Positions 58,472 through 64,000 of a stretch of DNA of 64,000 nt are shown here, piece by piece. Made by a program: the position numbers and the translations under genes. The notes below the pieces were generated by a model. That model was given only the letters and a program-made list of their open reading frames with translations. It searched no databases and was not told the origin of the DNA. Position 1 is the first letter of the stretch. Every line of letters starts with the position of its first letter. Source of the stretch: Somniosus microcephalus (Eukaryota); the NCBI GenBank assembly GCA_052327205.1, contig CM126202.1, positions 385,640,001 through 385,704,000 on the forward strand. The letters are read 5' to 3'.

Positions 58472-60276
58472 ATACATTCCATTGGGAAATAAAAACTCCA
58501 CAGGAAAAGTATTCCATCTGTGGCTAACTAAAGAAGTTAAGGATAGTATTAGATTAAAAGAAGAGGCTTATAATGTTGCAAAGAATAATAGTAAGTCTGA
58601 AGATTGGGAGAGCTTTAGAAACCAGCATAGGATGACCAAAAACCTGATAAAAAGGGTGAAAATAGAATGAGAGTAAACTAGCAAGAAGTATAAAAACAGA
58701 TTGTAAGAGCTTCTACAAGTATATAAAAAGGAAGAGAGTAGCAAAAGTAAGTGTTGGTCCCTTAGAGGCTGAGACAGGAGAAATTATAATAAGGAAATGG
58801 CAGAGACTTTAAATAAATATTTTGTATCTGTCTTTACAGTAGCAGACACAAAAAGCAGACAAGAAATAATGGTAAACCAAGGGGCTAATGAGAGTGAGGA
58901 ACTTAAAGTAATATCAGTAGAGAAAAAGATTTTGAGAAACTAATGGGACTAAAAGCTGACACATCCCCTGGACCTCATGGCCTACATCCTAGGGTTCTAA
59001 AAGAGGTGGCTGCAGAGATAGTGGATGCATTGGTTGAGATCTTCCAAAATTCCCTTGATTCTAAAACGGTCCCAGCGGATTGGAAGGTAGCAAATGTAAC
59101 CCCAAGAAAGGAAAGAGAGAGAAAATAGGGAACTACAGGCCAGTTAGCCTGACATCAGTCGTCGGGGAAAATGTTGGAATCCATTATTAAGGAAGTGGTA
59201 ACAGGGCACTTTGCCTAATCATATTATGATTTTCTGAGTCAACATGGTTTTATGAAAAGGAAATTGTGTTTGACAAATTTATTAGAGTTTTTTGAGGGTG
59301 TAACTAGCAGGGTAGATAAAAGGGAACCAGTGGATGTAGTATATTTGGATTTCCAAAAAGCATTCGATAAGGTGCCACATAAAAGGCTGCTACACAAGAC
59401 AAGGGCTCACGGGGTTGGGGGTAATATATTAGCATGGATAAAGGATTGGTTAACGGACAGAAAACAGAGAGTAGAGATAACCGGGTAATTTTTAGGTTAG
59501 CAGGCTGTAACTAGTGGGGTGCCGCAAGGATCAGTGCTTGGGCCACAGCTATTTACAATCTATATTAATGACTTAGGTGAAGGGATTGACTGTAATGCAT
59601 CCAAGTTTGCTGACAATACAAAGCTAGGTGGGAAAGTAAGCTGTGAGGAGGACACAAAGAGCCTGCAAAGGGATATAGATAGGTTAAGTGAGTGGGCAAT
59701 AAGATGGCAGATGGAGTATAATGTGGGGAAATGTGAGGTTATTCACTTTGGTAGGAATAATAGAAAAACACTATTTTAAATGGTGAGAAACTATTAAATA
59801 TTGGTGTTGAGATTTATGTGTCCTTGTACAGGAAACACAGAGTTAGCATGCAGGTACAGCAAGCAATTAGGAAGGCAAATAGCATGTTGGCCTTTATTGC
59901 AAGGGGGTTGGAGTACAAGGGTAAGGAAGTCTTGCTACAATTGTACAGGCCTTTGGCGAGACCACATCTGGCGTACTGTGCACAGTTTTGGTCTTCTTAT
60001 CTGAGGAAGGATATACTTGCGTTACAGGCGGTGCAACAAAGGTTCACTAGATTGATTCCTGGGACGAGAGGGTTGTCCTATGAAGAGAGCTTGAGTAGAT
60101 TAGGCTTATGCTCTCTGGAGTTTAGAAGAATGAGCATTGATCTCATTGAAACATATAAGATTCTGAAGGGGATTAACAGGGTAGATGCTGCGAGGTTGTT
60201 TCCCCTGGTTACGAGTCAAGAACTAAGGGGCATAGTCTCAGGATAAGGGGTTGGCCATTTAGGACTGGGATGAGGA
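58472..60276 (+). mobile_element. CR1 ORF2 fragment, cut near its 3' end by the next CR1
   Basis: LDFQKAFDKVPH, PQGSVLGP, KFADNTK. Confidence 0.9.
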
Positions 60277-60497
60277 GGTATTTAAAAGTGACCCGAGGCG
60301 GCAGAGCAGCAAGTAGGCCCCAGAGCGGCAGCAGTGTGGACCTGTGTGGGAAGCGGCGGTGGCGGTATTTAAAAGCGACCCCGAGGCAGCAGAGCAGCAG
60401 GTAGGCCCCGGAGCGGCAGCAGTGCGGACCTGTGTGGGAAGCGGCGGCGGTATTTAAACGCGACCCCGAGGCGGCGGCGGCAGCAGCAGGTAGGCTT
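60277..60497 (+). repeat. About 2.6 tandem 85-87-bp monomers at the CR1 5' end
   Basis: GGTATTTAAA starts at 60277, 60364 and 60449. Confidence 0.85.
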
Positions 60498-63400
60498 ACC
60501 AATCTCCAATCTCAGCTCCGAGAGCGGGAGAGGGAAGTAAAAAGTAATCGAACTGTGACGTCACCAGAAAGCAGGTAAGTGATTGGTTGGTGAGTATTTC
60601 TCTCTCTCTCCTTTTTTACAAGCTTAAATTTTGTGTTTTATAGTTTCTAGGGTCTATGTGGTGTAGCGGGGACAGTTGTTAAACAAGGGCCATTGAGTAT
60701 ATAATTTAATTGGTGGTATTGATTTGATTTAATTTGAATTAATTAAAGGGTAAGTCATGTCAGGACAGCCCGGCCCTGTGGTATGCTCCTCCTGCGCTAT
60801 GTGGAAATTCAGGGATACAGATATACCGTATTGGATACCGTGTTGGATACTGTTGGGGGGGATGGCTTATCAGAGGAAGGCAGCAGCAGCCAACTTCCTG
60901 CCACCAGGGGTGGTTCTGCTGCACAGGACGGGAGGAAAAAGAGGGGTAGAGTTACAGTAATAGGGGATTCTATTGTAAGGGGAATAGATAGGTGTTTCTG
61001 CGGCCGCAAACGAGACTCCAGGATGGTGTGTTGCCTCTCTGGTGCAAGGGTCAAGGATGTCTCAGAGCAGCTGCAGAAGATTTTGGAAGGGGAGGGTGAA
61101 CAGCCAGTTGTTGTGGTGCATATAGGTACCAACGATATAGGTAAAAAAAAATGGGATGAGGTCCTAAAAGCTGAATATAGGGAGTTAGGAGGTAAATAAA
61201 TAAAATAGGACCTCAAAGGTAGTAATCTCAGGATTGCTACCAGTGCCACGTGCTAGTCAGAGTAGAAATAGAAGGATATTTCAGATGAATACGTGGCTAG
61301 AGGAATGGTGCGAGGGGGAGGGATTCAAATTCCTAGGACATTGGAACCGGTTCTGGGGAAGGTGGGACCAGTTCAAACCGGACGGTTTGCACCTGGGCAG
61401 GGCCGGGACCAATGTCCTAGGGGGAGTGTTTGCTAGTGCACTGGGGGACAGTTTAAACTAAAATGGCAGGGGGTTGGGAACCTGAGCAGAGAGACAGAGG
61501 AAAGGGAAACGAGGATAAAAGCAAAAGATAGGAAGGAGAAAAACAAAAGTGGCAGTCAGAGAAATCAACTGTTTAAATCAAACATGGCCACAGTAAATAA
61601 TAATTCTAATAGGTCGAAGAGCATTAAAAAAACAAGCCTGAAGGCCTTGTGTCTTAATGCGAGGAGCATTTGTAATAAGGTGGATGAATTAGCTGCGCAA
61701 ATAGAGGTAAACGAAAAGGATTTGATTGGGATTACGGAAACATGGCTCCAGGGTGGCCAAGGCTGGGAACTCAACATCCAGGGATATTCAATATTCAGGA
61801 AAGATAGGCAAAAAGGAAAGGGAGGTGGGGTAGCATTGCTGGTTCAAGATGGGATTAACACAATTGTAAGGAAGGATATCAGCTCTGATGATGTGGAATC
61901 TGTATGGGTAGAACTGAGAAATACCAAGGGGCAGAAAACGTTAGTGGGAGTGGTATATAGACCAGACCTCCAAACAGTAATGCGGAGGTTGGGGATGGCA
62001 TTAAAAGGGAAATTAGAGATGCGTGCAATAAGGGCACAGCAGTCATCATGGGTGACTTTAATCTACATATAGATTGGGCTAACCAAATTAGTAACAATAT
62101 TGTGGAGGAGGAATTCCTGGAGTGTTTATGGGATGGTTTCCTGGACCAATATGTCGAGGAACCAACCAGAGATCAGGCCATCTTAGACTGGGTATTATGT
62201 AACGAGAGGATTAATTAGCAATCATGTTGTACGAGGCCCCTTGGGTCGGAGCGATCATAATATGATCGAATTCTTCATTAAGATGGAGAATGAAGTAGTT
62301 GACTCAGAGACTAGGGTCCTGAATTTAAATAAAGGAAACTACGATGGTCTGAGGCACGAGTTTGGTAGGATTGATTGGGGAATGTCACTCAAAGGGTTGA
62401 CGGTGGATAGGCAATGGCAAACATTCAAAGACCGCATGGATGACCTACAGAATTTGTTCATCCCAGTTTGGCATAAAAATAAAACAAAAAAGGTGACTCA
62501 ACCATGGCTTACAAGGGAAATTAGGGATAGCATAAGATCCAAGGAGAGGACATATAAATTGGCCAGAAAAAGCAGTAAACCTGAGGATTGGGAGCAGTTT
62601 AGGATTCAACAAAGGAGGACAAAGGGATTACTTAAGAAGGGGAAAATTGAATATGAGAGTAAGCTTGCAGGGAACATAAAAACTGACTGTAAAAGGTTTT
62701 ATAGATATGTGAAGAGAAAAAGATTGGTGAAGTCAAGCATAGGTTCCTTGCCGTCAGACTCGGGGGAATTTATAATGGGGAACAAAGAAATGGCAGACCA
62801 ATTAAATACATATTTTGGTTCTGTCTTCACAAAGGAGGACACAAATAACCTCCCAGAGATGTCGGGGAACATAGGGTCTGATGAAAGGGAGGAACTGAAA
62901 GAAATCAGTATTTGTAGGGAAATGGTGTTAGGGAAATTGATGGGATTGAAGGCGGACAGATCCCCAGGGCCTGATAATCTACATCCTAGGGTACTTAAGG
63001 AAGTGGCCCTAGAAATAGTAGATGCATTGCTGATCATCTTCCAACATTCGATGGAATCTGGAACAGTACCCATGGATTGGAGGGTAGCTAATGTTACCCC
63101 ACTCGTCAAAAAAGGTGGTAGAGAGAAAACGGGGAATTACAGACCGGTAAGCCTGACATCAGTAGTGGGGAAAATGCGAGAGTCCATTATAAAAGATGTA
63201 ATAGCAGAGCACTTGGAAAACAGTGACAGGATCGGACAAAGTCAACATGGATTTACAAAAGGTAAATCGTGCTTGACTAATCTACTGGAATTGTTTGAGG
63301 ATGTAACTGGTAAAATAGATAAGGGAGAACCAGTGGATGTGGTGCATTTGGACTTTCAGAAGGCTTTTGATAAGGTCCCGCATAAGAGATTAGCGTGTTA

Positions 63401-64000
63401 AGTTAAGGCACATGGGATTGGGGGCAAGGTATTGACTTGGATAGAGAACTGGTTGGCAGACAGAAAGCAAAGAGTTGGAATAAATGGGTCTTTTTCCGAG
63501 TGGTAGGCAGTGACTAGTGGGGTACCGCAGGGATCAGTCCTTGGACCCCAGCTATTCACAATATATATTAATGATCTAGACAAGGGAACTAGATGTAATA
63601 TCTCCAAATTTGCAGATGACACAAAGCTGGATTGGCGTGTGTGCTGTGAGGAGGATGCCGAGAAACTCCAGGATGATTTGGACAGGTTAGGTGATTGGGC
63701 AAAAGCATGGCAGATGCAATATAACGTGGATAAATGTGAGGTTATCCACTTTGGTGGCAAAAACAGGAAGGCAGATTATTATCTGAATGGCAATAGATTG
63801 GGAGAAGGAGAAGTGCAACAAGACCTGGGTGTCCTTGTGCACCAGTCACTGAAGGTAAACATGCAGGTGGAGTTGGTGGTTAAGAAGGCAAATGGTATGT
63901 TGGCCTTTGTCGCGAGAGGGTTTGAGTACAGGAACAAGGATGCCTTGCTGCAGTTGTACAGGGCCTTGGTGAGACCACAGCTTGAGTATTGTGTGCAGTT
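60277..64000 (+). mobile_element. Apparently full-length CR1 (5' UTR monomers, esterase ORF1, ORF2; degenerate), running off the window
   Basis: ORF1 from 60757 (CSSCAMW, GDSIVR, HIGTND, DGLHL). ORF2 LCLNARS, ITETWL, SDHN, DFQKAFDKV. Confidence 0.93.

Overview
This is eukaryotic (vertebrate) DNA. The repeat repertoire points to a cartilaginous fish, most likely a shark (inference). Most of the window is nested transposable elements. These include many CR1 LINE copies (two with SGNH-esterase ORF1), L2-group LINE fragments and DeuSINE/SacSINE1-like SINEs. There is also a complete Gypsy LTR retrotransposon (18773-23083, TSD CCATG), a solo LTR, an autonomous-type PIF/Harbinger transposon (40223-44318) with several related MITEs, a Penelope-like insert with hammerhead ribozyme cores, and a 1.2-kb non-autonomous Helitron (14634-15829). 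Unique host sequence includes a probable bidirectional CpG promoter at about 26.8-27.1 kb, with a minus-strand first exon and a plus-strand small membrane-protein candidate. A second promoter or first-exon candidate lies at about 39.1-39.3 kb. I could not name any host gene. The most notable observations are three. (1) The Helitron carries a promoter/exon/intron-like cargo co-oriented with the putative host transcript. (2) The Gypsy element has no tRNA PBS; the PBS position is instead a perfect 13-nt complement of its own LTR poly(A) signal. (3) The Penelope-like insert has inverted hammerhead cores. All calls come from reading the sequence; no database search was run.
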